DNA of 64,000 nucleotides from Tubulanus polymorphus (taxonomy: Eukaryota; Animalia; Nemertea). Position 1 is the first letter of the stretch. Each line of letters opens with the position of its first letter. Below, piece by piece: positions 27,501 through 39,648 of the stretch. The stretch lies in contig NC_134026.1 in assembly GCF_964204645.1 (NCBI RefSeq), forward strand, positions 13,080,050 to 13,144,049, written 5' to 3'. The translations under genes were made by a program, and so were the position numbers. The notes under the pieces are model-generated. The model did not search any database. It was not told where the DNA came from and saw only the letters and a program-made list of their open reading frames with translations.

Positions 27501-28690
27501 TCTTTGGTGTAATATGAACACTGACCGTGAACCTGACGCCTACCAAATGCTGGTCACTATTTTTGGCGCAAAGTGCTCCTCGGCGATGGAAAACTATGCT
27601 CTGGGAAAAGCTGCTGAAGAAAACTGCAAAGAAGATGATCCCCTATCCGTAGCTGTGGCCAATGCTGTGATGTCCAATTTCTACATGTATGATTTTCCGA
27701 TCTGAGTTTGACATTCACCAAGGCAAACAGATGCAAGCCATGGTTACAGAACTGGTGGCCAGAGGTGGTTTTCGTCTGACGGAACGGCAGAGGTGGTTTT
27801 CGTCTGACGGAATGGCAAAGTAATTCCAGGGAACTGTCAACGAAAGTCGACGTTTACATTCGTTCATTGCTAATAGAGTTGCTGAAATTTGTGATGAATC
27901 AACTCCAGACCAATTGTCCCATGTTCCAGGTGTACTGAACCCTGCTGATGTCTGCTCTCGAGGTGTGTCTACCTCTGAACTGGCTACTGATAAAAGATGG
28001 CTGAGCGGTCCAGAATTTTTGTTGGATCCAAAGGATTGGCTAGACCAAGACGAAGATGCGACTCCACTCCGATGCTCGATGATGATGGTCTACTCCGTGC
28101 AAGAGGGTGCTTAACCAATGCTCCGGTGAATTTTGATGTTAAACATCCGATAATCCTGCACACAAAACACGATGTCACTAGGTTGGTCCCTTTGAATCAG
28201 CACTACAAACTATCTCACACCGGTGTTGAGCATACGCTTAATGAGATACAACAGCTGTATTGGATACCCAAGGCCGGATCAAGAATCTGGAAGCTGATTT
28301 ATGACTGCAAGCTGTGCAAGAAAAGACGAATAAAGCCAAATCCGCCGTTGATGGCTGATCTTCCGGCCACAAGAAGTCATCCCTTCTGTTGTACTGGTAT
28401 CGACTACTTCGGACCTTTCAGTGTCAGAAAGTTCCGTACGGTGTCTTGATAACTTGTTTGACCACCAGGGCTGTCCACCTAGAAGTTGCTGATACCCTTG
28501 ATACTGACAGTTTCCTGTTAGCGCTCAGACGTTTTATTGCAAGAAGAGGAAATCCGATTATCATCTACTCAGACAATGGTACAAACTTCAGAGGAGGCGA
28601 GCGAGAGCTTCGAGATTCCTTAACCGAATGGAACCAAGAGCAGTTCACCGATGAGTTAATTCAACGTGGTGTCCAGTGGCGTTTCAAGAC
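24530..28690 (+). mobile_element. Decayed BEL/Pao retrotransposon gag-pol (3' end truncated)
   Basis: Gag DUF1759-like region (EKMTHLQSS), CCHC knuckles, protease ALLDPGS, RT (RVVFDA, MADVEKMYHQ), NPAD, integrase (TCLTTRAVHLE, YSDNGTNF); many frameshifts; RNase H largely deleted. Confidence 0.92.
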
Positions 28691-29039
28691 AGGTCTAGAG
28701 AACAGGACCCTGACTGGAACCAGCCAAGAGTTGATGAGAACAAACTTCAAAATAAAGGTTAATCATCCGATTCATGGATTTGCTTCAGTGACTAAAGCTC
28801 AGAGCAAAAGGCTCCAGATCTATTAAGTACTCTGTTGTTGGCGACGAAACAGAAAATGACGCCGAGTTAATTCCAACTGATTTTGAAGGTAAACACTGAT
28901 TTTTCAGAGAACGCTTCATGGCTGGTTTTTGGATAATACCAAAAAAGGGCCGTAATCAATATGAAATATTCAACATTTCAGACCAGCGTTAAAGGCCCTT
29001 CTTAAGGTCGCGTTGTAATCATGTTCAGAAAAGGCACGG

Positions 29040-29380
29040 ATGATCATTTCCAGATTTGAACAACTCAATTATTCTTCCTGGGACGGAAGATGGAGAGCCC
29101 AGCCAAAAGCGATGAAAATGAGAGAAAAACAAAACAAGAAGATTACAAGGAAAACAATCAGAAGCCGGGTCAGAGATGCTGATGGCAAAAATATCATGAA
29201 GCCTCCATGCCTCATTGGTCCAAGATGTACATCTCAACTTTGCAAGAAAAGGAAGAATAGTCGCTTTTGTGATTCGTTCTCGAAGGAAAATTTGTTGGCA
29301 ATGTTTCATCACTTTTGGACAAAACTTAATTGGGATGGTCGAAAGGCCTATTTACGTGGTCTCGTGGATAAGATTATCGA
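29040..29380 (+). pseudogene. DNA-transposon ORF fragment, Sola1-like N-terminal region
   Basis: GPRCTSQLCKK...FCDSFSKE...MFHHFWTKLNWDGRKAYLRGLV pattern. Confidence 0.45.
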
Positions 29381-30961
29381 TAGCTTACTACCCTACACAC
29401 AGTTGACAAAAAGTGTTAGGCCTGTGCCGGTTGGTGCGTACTACTGAGACTAATATATACTGGTTGAGTTGGTTCAGTTGTGAAGTGTGGAAGCTAAGAA
29501 AGCCTACCGGTATTTATAGGTCTAGGCCTATTGTAGTAGCCAATATCATTTTAAGTACGAAGTTGTTACCCGAAAGTGACGGTACGGTGATCTCCACAGG
29601 TTAACCGTACGTGAGTTCCCTACAAAAGCCGTACGTGAGTTCCTATAATCTAAGTACGCGCATGTGTGAAAGAATAGGGTTCGGGTTAGGTGAGGCTATA
29701 CGTAAATCAACTTTTATCAACCCTGCAGCTATGTTGTGGCTCACTGGACTACTACTGGAATTTTTTTTTCATTTGGTTTCGAATCCCAATATTGCAAGTC
29801 AGAGCGTCAACGTACTCACATACGGCTAACCTGTGGAATTCACCATACAGTCATGTATGGGTAACAACAGCGTTTCAAGTATTAGGTGAGTAAGATAAGC
29901 CTACGATGCCTACGTACTACAAACACAGGTTTTTCCCTCTCGTCGGCCCTGCACTAATGTTACTATACTGGTGCCATTATCACATCGATAGGATTTGGTC
30001 AGGACTAGCCTTAAGTCTAATTCAGTTTATGCACTATTTACACAATATTATTAAAACAATACGGTGAAGTATTCACACGCAGAAAGGCTAGGCCTAATTG
30101 ATTAGAGCCATGCGATTAAATTTTTCGCTGGCCTTGTCTGACCTGATGACATTTAGTCAAACCTAGATCCAAAACGTTCATGTGGTCACGGTTTGTATAC
30201 CAGAAATCATTATGTAGGCCTGTACATTTTGCTGTACGTAGGTTTGGTATACCGATTTCTCCAGTCTCGACTGATAAGTGTATGGCACAGCTGTACGCAG
30301 TATACCAATGGTAATAGGGCCTATTGATTGGGCTTATTGTTGGAAAGGGGGTAGAACCATGGAATGAGACGAAAGACAGAGTACTCTATATGATGTATAA
30401 CTAGCAACTAAAGTTTATTATGGACCATCTGCCATTAGTGTAATGAATTTCTATAACCAAATGAACATTATTTTTCTAATGACTAGGAGTGACTGAAATG
30501 GTTTGATATTTACACACATGTTGCACGTATAAATTGTTTATCAGTATAGAATTTGTTATCCATGAAAGCCGGAATCAACATCGGCCTGATCACCCACACC
30601 AAATCAATTCATAATGAATTGGTTGCATTTACACTACAGTATATGTATTTTATTCAAATATTTCAATAAAAAGATAAATTCCTTAAATCTATTCCAAATC
30701 CTAATACGTTCTTATCTGTAAATTTACTCAACCTATCGACTCAGCAGATTATTAAGATGAGTTCTTAATAAAACAGATCCATTTTTTAAGCGTGGTGATA
30801 ATACAGTATCATTAAGTTTGAATGTCATAATAAATGCCTGTTCAAATCAATTCATTTTTATTGATTGAACATCCGCTTAAGTTTGGTTTCCAAGCTGAAT
30901 CACATTGGACGTTAACACAGAACATTAACACTTTGCAGAAAACCCGTTATCGCTGCTTTGC

Positions 30962-31435
30962 AGCTATATTTTCATTAGTTACTGTATCATATTATAAACA
31001 TACATTTGATAATCTATAACCCATATGTTTAATTACCCTCAATGAAACTATTTCTTTACAGGTGCAAAAGTTATTTCGAATATTAAAATATCGAATATCG
31101 GCCAACATTATCTACAACATAATTATTATTATCACCAGATAATTCTATATCAGCTGATAAATAAATACTATTCGGAACATTAAAAGTATTTAGTGTTAAT
31201 CTCAGAATTCTAACATATAAAGTTTTATTTGGATTAACATTACTAGGATCACGAGTAATTATATGATGACATCTTTCTGCTTTAATTGCACAACATATTC
31301 TAGAATTTTTTGAAGGATCTATATATTTTCCATCCACCATTTATTAAGAAAAAAAATTACTGATTTTTTTACTATGTTTACTAATCCAAAATTGATAGCA
31401 CTTACAACTGAGATTAAAAATAAAATTATATGTTC
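30962..31435 (-). pseudogene. Relic of a second, diverged Polinton-like element: end of the membrane-protein gene plus deleted major capsid gene
   Basis: YVRILRLTLNTFNVPNSIYLSADIELSGDNNNYVVDNVGRY and FEITFAPV..MGYRLSNVCL match the capsid gene at 38381-39628; the upstream sequence matches 39690-39755. Confidence 0.9.
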
Positions 31436-33449
31436 AACAGTGAATCTAGTACAGTATCCCAATCACATAAATATGCCTTTCAGTTATCTGTCTTTTCAGG
31501 TAAAATCTTGATTCAGCACCTAACACAGTAAAAGCTAATGGAAGTTATTGCCTTACGAGCAAGTTATCATTCCCTTTGATGGCAAGATGGGCTTGCAAGT
31601 TTATCAAAATACAATACATGTAATAGGTCATGAAGGCGTTCTTCATTCTCTTCACTCTACCTACTCCTTACCCAACTTACCAGTTTACCTACTACCCTAC
31701 CTATATTGCAGGATGCATTAGATGCAAGTACATGTACCTTTTTAATGACAAATGGAGGTCTTAGGCCATCTACATCAGGTGAAAATTTAGAGGCAAGGTC
31801 ACTATCACTTGTAGAAAGGTCACTGAGGTAGATGATCGGTGACTGTGACCTGAGGATGAAACTCCATGTTAATGATTATGACACATAAAGTATCTAAGTA
31901 ATAGCTTTGAATATTGACTCACTGAGTTCAAAATGTTTTCAATTACAATCCAATTACAGTAATATATACCTAGTTCGATCCTTCATCCTCCTAAAACATG
32001 ACATTCGCACATGTACATCATCCTTTAAGTAAAATAATTCACAAAGATTAAGACTTACACTTGATCAAAATTTCAATATGCAATCCCTCAAAACATGACC
32101 ATTACCTCACAATAAAATGTCTGGAAATTTTTCTTTCAATGACATAATATACTGTAGGGTTTGCCATTTATGCATGAACACGTGAAGTCTGAAGGGAACA
32201 CCCCCTGCTGCAAGTGCGGTCCTTTTTCAAATTTAGCTCTGCTCTAAGGTTCTTTTTAACAAAACTAGAGGACCAAAGGTCCCGAGGCTCGAGATATGTA
32301 AGCTCGATCAACAAAATCGTTGTTGGTATGGATTTATATTTGCCTTAGATACGATAACAGGGGTGGAGAAATGAAGGTATCGTTTTAACCATGGAGCATG
32401 TTTAATCCATATACTATCAAGTTATACTTACTACCATGACCACAGGATACAGTTTGCTTTCGGCACAATCGCCAAGAACCCATGACATAGGTCAATGACC
32501 ATCCAGTCCATGGGGTACAAGCTTAACGTCCATGTGTTAACATGGTTGTTTTGAAGCTGTTCACTGACTAAACCAAAGGCCAACTACTAGTTGTACCCTT
32601 AGGGCCAGGAGCTAGTCTAACGATCGACCAAGTGGAACAGAATGAATATTTCACCAGCAGTCTCATTAGAATTCTTGAATGATATCTAATCCGAACGTGA
32701 AACTAAACAGGCCACAGTCGAGGTTAAAACTACTTAATGGCGAAATTAAGTCTACACACCTTTTTTGTTTTTAATGGTTTCACAATAGAATAATTTAGTA
32801 AAAGTAGTAAAAATCGTGAATAATATTTCTTCACTGACTCAAGACCTTTTTGACAAAACGAGCATGTGGATTGTAGCCTATGCGGGACCCGCACTGTAAC
32901 GCGCATTATCATTATTGATACATACACGGTGAATGCCCTGTGTATAAGGCAATATTGCTGATGGGACATCCTCCCTTGGCAGGGATTCAAGCCTGATGGC
33001 ATCGCTACACTCAGCCACAGCACGTCCAGTGGCAATCTTGATGCCATCAGGTGTGAAATGTTATGCCATCAATGTTATATATGCGCACTCTCATCATCAC
33101 TGTGCCGCAAACTAAATACACATGGCATATTTCATTATATGATGTATCGATTCCGTCACGCATGTCTATGGTGAAAAATGTACATATAATGTATAATATA
33201 TTCTCAATGCATGTCTTATAGATTGTTATATACCGGTATGTCATTTTCATGAATGAATTTTATTTAAAATTCGTGCGGACGCAATTTTTTGACGGAAAAT
33301 TTTACTGCACTATGTGGACTTGCATTGTTTTTGATAAAATCACCCATGTTTGACATACAATTACTCCATTGAGAACGTTCTTTAAAAACAATATAAAAAA
33401 AAACTAATCAAATTTGGTAACAAGGAGCCTATCGGCTTATATAGCTCCG

Positions 33450-33828
33450 CTGTGTGATTTGAAGAAATGCAAGCGACAAGACACTACTCATCCCTGTGTG
33501 TTCTATTAACGACTTCATGGGAGCACCACATCCAAACGCCATAGCATCAGCGTAATTTCTTCAGATACAAATCATGATTTTCATGCTGTAAATTATTATT
33601 TCCACTAAGCTTATGCCTTCTTGACCGCAACTACCGAATTTGAATTCGAAAAGATTTTGATTTTTTCGGATGGCTGTTCATCCCAGTTTAAAGGTAAAGA
33701 TGCCTTTGGTGACCTAGCTCTTTCTGGTCTCTTATCAGACGCCATTATTACATGTCTTAACATGGAAAAGGAGAAGGTGACAGTGAAATTGGTGTCATGA
33801 ATAATTGCTTAGATCGAGCTATCGCGTT
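33450..33828 (+). pseudogene. Sola(2)-like transposase, 5' part (interrupted by the Polinton-like element)
   Basis: FSDGCSSQFKGKDAF and HGKGEGDSEIG motifs; the frame ...LDRAIA continues after 51051 as FGKVIIKHAQDMYDYC. Confidence 0.7.
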
Positions 33829-33914
33829 AGTAATAGGAAATGTGTTGTTTCATACCGGAGGTCGAAGGTCGAGACACCACTCATCACCAAGTAATTTTTT
33901 CCCTAATAAATGGG
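33829..33914 (+). repeat. Left terminal inverted repeat
   Basis: agtaataggaaatgtgttgtttcataccggaggtcgaaggtcgagacaccactcatcacc... is the near-perfect inverse of 50957-51045. Confidence 0.95.
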
Positions 33915-34234
33915 AGATAGAAAAGCATTCTTAGCAACAATAAATAACAGAATAAAACCAGCAAAAAAACAATTTGAAATAAAAAAGTTAATTGATGTTA
34001 CAAAAGAAATTGAACATAAAATATTAAAATTAGAAAAGATAAAAACTAAATATGGAGAGAAAGTATCAGCGAATTTAAGCTACTGTAATGTTAGTACATC
34101 GCGAGAATTTACAGTGTGTTTACCTGATAAATGGGTTTCATTGAGTACAGAGGAATTAAAAGATTTAGAAGGATTTAAAATAATGAAGACGGAAAAAATG
34201 AAGACGGTCATCATGATTTAGAAATTGTTGATTA
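33910..34234 (+). CDS. Small Polinton protein with TKYG...VCLP motif, unknown function
   Basis: ORF 33910-34221 begins at TAAATG inside the TIR; probable frameshift near the C-terminus. Confidence 0.65.
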
Positions 34235-34884
34235 AATAAAAAATAAAAATAATGAATATCTAGAATCCAAAATGACCTTAGTCGTTTTACGAACAACTAT
34301 AATCATGCTAGCCAAACATCTGTTACATGTTATTATAAGAGAGTACTTCATTTGAATATTGATCGATCAAACAGGTGTTGCAATTCAACGTTGTTGTTAT
34401 ATTGGATAGCTAGCAGTTATATAATAAGCGCGCAGTACATACAACACACACAGGATACATTCTCTCTCTTGTGATTAAAAGGAATATTTCAGTGTTTTTA
34501 AGGTAAGTTTTAGCAAAATTGCCCTATCCTCGACCTACAGAGTTTTCAGGGGATAAGCATCCCATTATTGAAAGGCGCCACGGGACGCTTATCCCCAGTC
34601 ATTTCTACACCCCCGCGACCCACGTCATCCGGGATCTCCTTCAATGATCAGCAGAAATCACATTAAAGGCGCCTAATGTAATTTCTACCAATCTCGAAAT
34701 TCGAAACCGACGGAGAAACCCGGAGAGTGGACGAAGGTGCATTTTCAAAATGCCTCTGCTGGCCAGAGCTACTCCAGTGCTCGAATGAATTGCCTTATAT
34801 ACTTAGCTAAAACACCTAAGTAAATGTTGTTGGTGTTTACTAAAGAAATATATGAAATTTGAAATTATAAATTATTCCGAATGA

Positions 34885-35385
34885 AAAGAATATAGGAATG
34901 AAAACTGATAAATGAATTATGGATTTTTAACTTAATTAAGATATAATTTTTAATCAAATTAGTAATCAATTATCCATGTTAATTGATTAACAAATTCAAA
35001 TTCAAATATTCATTTTAGCATCACACCCAGTGCTGCCATCTTTCAATTTAAGAATAAACTAATAATAAGAAACGACTGTAATACAATATTCAAGTAAAAA
35101 CTTCAAATTAAAATTAAAATAAATTAATAAAAATAAAGAATATAGGAATGAAAACTGATAAATGAATTATGGATTTTTAACTCAATTAAGATATAATTTT
35201 TAATCAAATAAGTAATCAATTATCCATGTTAATTGATTAACAAATTCAAATTCAAATATTCATTTTAGCATCACACCCAGTGCTGCCATCTTTCAATTTA
35301 AGAATAAACTAATAATAAGAAACGACTGTAATACAATATTCAAGTAAAAACTTCAAATTAAAATTAAAATAAATTAATAAAAATA
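34885..35385. repeat. Near-perfect 250-bp tandem duplication in the Polinton non-coding region
   Basis: tataggaatgaaaactgataaatg at 34891 and 35141, colinear throughout. Confidence 0.95.
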
Positions 35386-35410
35386 ATGAATATCTAGAAT
35401 CCGAAATGAC

Positions 35411-35869
35411 TTATCTGGACAATTTAATTGCTCCGCATAGATAGACAAAAGTAGTGTCAATTAAATTTAAAAAATTATTTTTTTGCTTTTTTTCTAAAAT
35501 ATTAATCCATTTTTTTATTATCAATTTTGGAATTTCAGAAGTATTTTCATTTTTGATAGCAGTTGTTTCAGAATTATAAATATCATGAATTTTATTTGAT
35601 TTCTTATACCAATTACACCCAATAAAAATGAATACAATTACAAATCCAACCGTAAAATATAGACATTTATCAAATATTCTATCATTAGAAGGAGTAGAAA
35701 TAACAATATTTTCACTATTTTTATTAACATTTTTATTACTTATTTTTTCTTTTACAGCTTTTTTATATTCTTGTGATTTAATTCCTAATTGCCGAGACCA
35801 TTCAATTTGTTTCTGTGATCTCGGTTTTTTCTTTACAGTTAATTCCTTCACTTCTTCCACCTTGTTCAT
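35411..35869 (-). CDS. Polinton protein with basic N-terminus and one TM helix
   Basis: 152-aa ORF, TAAATG start, hydrophobic LYFTVGFVIVFIFIGC. Confidence 0.65.
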   Translation of the reverse strand: MNKVEEVKELTVKKKPRSQKQIEWSRQLGIKSQEYKKAVKEKISNKNVNKNSENIVISTPSNDRIFDKCLYFTVGFVIVFIFIGCNWYKKSNKIHDIYNSETTAIKNENTSEIPKLIIKKWINILEKKQKNNFLNLIDTTFVYLCGAIKLSR

Positions 35870-35874
35870 TTATT

Positions 35875-36405
35875 ATAGAAATATTTTTACTTTCAATATT
35901 TGAAAATGTTATAACTCCAGTTGATAATAATGTCATAAATCCACCTAATTGAAATGATAAATATCCAATCCATTTATTTAATTCAGTCATGACTAAATAA
36001 TCATTTTTTAAATCAGCATATAATCTATTTTCATCTTGAATTGGTAGTATTTAATTACATAATTTACTATAACCTTTTACTACATTTTCTGATATCGCGT
36101 CATTAATTCTAGCTGTTCTCGCGGCTTCATAAATCTTAAATAATCTAATAATTTCATCTGAGTTCATTGTATCTAATTCATTATGTTAAATTTTTACCGA
36201 TAAAATTTTTACATTTTCCAGATGCTATTAATATTTCTAATTGATGTTTACAAAAAAGATAATATTCATAATTATTATTTGTTGTAACATTATTTAAAGC
36301 ACCATCATCTGGAGTTAATTTTGTTTCTGTTATTCCTAAATCATCTAAAGTTTTTTCAATTGGAACATCACTTTTTTTAGATTTTATTTTCTTTTCACCT
36401 CCCAT
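35875..36405 (-). pseudogene. Polinton hypothetical protein disrupted by stops/frameshift
   Basis: ORFs 36181-36405 and 35802-35990 are joined by coding-like sequence (NELDTMNSDEIIRLFKIYEAAR...); TAAATG start. Confidence 0.6.
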
Positions 36406-36437
36406 TTATATAACAAACAAATTAGTTGTGTTGTTGC

Positions 36438-36612
36438 AACTAGAATTCAACTAGAATGTAACTAGAATTCAACTAAATTAACAAGCTAGTTGAAATATTG
36501 ATGTTTTTATTTATTTCTTGTTAAATCTAGTTGATTTTTGTTCCAACTACTAATAACTAGAATTCAACTAGAATGTAACTAAAAATATACTAGATTAACA
36601 AGCTAGTTGAAT
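36438..36612. repeat. Intergenic 11-bp AACTAGAAT(TC/GT) repeats in two ~117-bp blocks
   Basis: aactagaattcaactagaatgtaact at ~36438 and ~36555, each followed by aacaagctagttgaa. Confidence 0.8.
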
Positions 36613-37221
36613 TTAAATAAATTCATATTTAAATGGGTGTTGTAATCTAAATAGTAATTTTGATCTTTTAATATTTTTCAACTTATGCATATATTCATTA
36701 TGTAAATCATGTGGAATAATATCATTTTCTTCAAGCGCATTTTTCATCGATTTTCTGTCTTTATTGTAGAATAAAACTAGAAATCTAATGTTTTCTCTAA
36801 AGTCTTTAACAATTGAATCATATTTTTGATTTAAAACACAAGTTGTTATCCTAAAATGTCTGCCAGAAAAAGCTAAATAACATAACTCACTCTCTCTAAT
36901 TTTTGAATCATGTAAATTTGCACAATCATCTATAATGAATAATGTATTTGATCCTTTATAAATATCTATTGCTATTTTAATACAATTATCTAAATTTTCT
37001 TTTACTGTTTTAGGATCTAATATAATAAATTTATTATTTCTAGTAATATTTCTATCATAAGGTTGATTAAATTCATATGTTGGACAAAATAATACTATAT
37101 TATCAAAATAGTTTTTATAAACAGTTTCTAATAAATTTAATATAAAATAAGTTTTTCCACAATTTGTAACGCCAGAAATTAACATATTATGAGGCTCAAA
37201 TATAAATAATTCCTTATTCAT
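36613..37221 (-). CDS. A32/FtsK-HerA-type genome packaging ATPase
   Basis: Walker A GVTNCGKT, Walker B LFIIDD, GRH motif, downstream Q sensor; intact 202 aa. Confidence 0.92.
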   Translation of the reverse strand: MNKELFIFEPHNMLISGVTNCGKTYFILNLLETVYKNYFDNIVLFCPTYEFNQPYDRNITRNNKFIILDPKTVKENLDNCIKIAIDIYKGSNTLFIIDDCANLHDSKIRESELCYLAFSGRHFRITTCVLNQKYDSIVKDFRENIRFLVLFYNKDRKSMKNALEENDIIPHDLHNEYMHKLKNIKRSKLLFRLQHPFKYEFI

Positions 37222-38350
37222 TTATAAATTTTTAATTTTACTTGATAATATCCATTCATTGAATTATCTGGCCATCCAACCCATTTTACTAAAGAATATT
37301 TTTTTCTTTTAATAGTTTTTGTTTTTAATACTTTTTCAATTTTATATTCTTGTTCTAGATTTTCAGTAGTTAAACTCAATTCTTCTTCATAAAAATACCC
37401 ATCAACTTCTTCACTATCTAAATCTTCTAATTTATAGACATATGGTTTTGTTGTTATTACCTTTTTTATTTTATATATTTCTCTAGTAAAATTTCGATCG
37501 TATCCTTTATCAAATATCTTTTTATACTTAGAAATTCTAACATTTTGACCAACTTTAGATTTAGGTTCACCAAAATCATCTACAAGAAATGCTCCATATA
37601 AATTATTCCAAACAATTTCAGCATTTTCAGGTTTTCTAGCATCAATAGGTTTCATTCCAATAGAAGAATGATAAGAATTATTATAACCTTCTATCAATTT
37701 TGGTAAAACATCAATCCATTTAAAAGTATTATTTGCTGTAAAATATTTCCACATTCTTGTTCTTAATGTTCTATTAAATCGTTCAACAACTGCTGCTTTT
37801 TTGTCCGATTTTGTTGAAAAATATTTAATATTATGATTGTCTAAGAGTTCATGAACAAGTGAATTATCAAATTCTTTTCCATCATCAAATTGTATTTTTT
37901 TCTGGTTTTAGTTTATCATCCGAAAGAAATTTTCTTAAAACATTTGATGTTTGTACAGCATCTTTTCTATAAAGTGGGAAGCTCCATACATAACGACTAA
38001 AAATATCAATTATATTCAATATCCACCAATAATCATCATTATCTTTCTTAACATTTTTCATATCAATTAAATCTCCTTGCCACTGTTGATCTACATAACT
38101 TACCATAGTTTTACGAATTTTATATTTTCTAACAATTTTTTTATGTGTTGTATATGTTGGTTGTTCTAACATAAATTCATTTATATCTTTATATCTAACT
38201 AAATTTTGTGGGATTATCTTATCTAATTTATCTTGTTTTACATGACGCCATATATTTTTGTTAGAAGAATAAGCAACCGAACTCTCAGGGTTGTAATATA
38301 AATTTCTTAAATATTGTTCTTTAGTATTAGAAGTTTTTTTTACCGTCCAT
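37218..38350 (-). pseudogene. Retroviral-like (RVE) integrase with C-terminal chromodomain; frameshifted at homopolymer runs
   Basis: LYYNP, QWQGDLIDM, IDIFSRY, QFDDGKEF, KAAVVERFNRTL, YHSSIGMKP, LVKWVGWP; frameshifts near 38335 and 37895. Confidence 0.93.
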
Positions 38351-38380
38351 TTATATATCCTTAATTTTAACTTTATATTT

Positions 38381-39628
38381 CTAATATTGAATACTATCTA
38401 ATTGTGAATTTACAATATTTAATTGTGCGTCAGATATAATATAAATGTGCATTTTAAAATTTAAGCTTCCTTTTTTCTTTTTCATGAATAATTGTATTCC
38501 ATCTTTAGTGTTCTGTAATTTTTTCCCAGAACCATGTAATGAATTATCCTCTGTTGTTCTAAAATCTAACCATAATGCATATCTATTACCGGTATAATAA
38601 TCAATTTGATTAATATCACAATTTTCAGATGATTTCACTTTTTCATTCATAAAATGTTTTCTAATTTCTTGCCATTGATCTATCATTCTCATTCCTTGAC
38701 AAAATATTTTATTTGCTATTCCTTCGATAGCTATTTCTACTTTTGTTATTTCAGGATTATAATAATTATCTACCTTTATTGCACCATTAGAATATGTTGC
38801 AATGGTAAAAAATATTAATATACCTTTAATAGATCTTCTTGGGAAGTTAATATTCTCATTAATTATTTCATCATTTGCATTAATAGTTACACTTTTAAAT
38901 TTATCAATATAATCATATAATAATGAAAATCCTTGATTGTATTGTGTTTGAATTGTGTTAGCAATATTTTCATTAGTTACTGTATTATATTCTAAACATA
39001 TATTCGATAATTTATAACCCATATCTTTAGCAACGCTAGATAATACAATTTCATTTACAGGAGCAAATGTTATCTCAAATATAATATCTTCTTGAATTAC
39101 ATATTTATATAAAGGTGCATTATTATTTGTCAATTCAAAATCTAATGGAATTTTATATTTGCTTCCATAAATCTTTTTAATCAAATTATCTACGTCATTA
39201 GTTACTACTGCATTATTGGCTTCAGATCTTAATTTATTTTGGTTTTCTTATTGGATACCTTGAAATATCATATTATTTCTATTTTCTTTAGTTAACCATA
39301 AATCTTTATAACGCGCAAATAAATTATAATCATCTAATGAGAAAACTGTTTCTGGTCCAATCTTTATAGTTAATTTTTTAATCAAATATCTTCCAACATT
39401 ACCGACAACATAATTATTATTATTACCAGTTACTTTTATATCGGCTGATAAATAAATACTATTTGGAACATAAAAAGTATTTTGTGTTAATCTAGGAATT
39501 CTAACATATAAAGTTTCATCGGGATTAATATTTGAAGGATTATGAGTAATTATATTATGTGATCATTCTGCTTTAATAGCATTAGATATTCTAGAAATCT
39601 TAGAAGGACTTATATAACTCGCACTCAT
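38381..39628 (-). pseudogene. Putative double-jelly-roll major capsid protein (one stop, one frameshift)
   Basis: ~415-codon beta-rich frame (NPSNINPDETLYVRIPRL, YKIPLDF, YKLSNICLEY, INENIN, YALWLDFRT, LHGSG, HIYIISDAQLNI) next to the integrase and ATPase; resembles capsid ORFs of invertebrate Polintons (from memory). Confidence 0.75.
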
Positions 39629-39648
39629 TCATTTGACAAAAAAATTAA

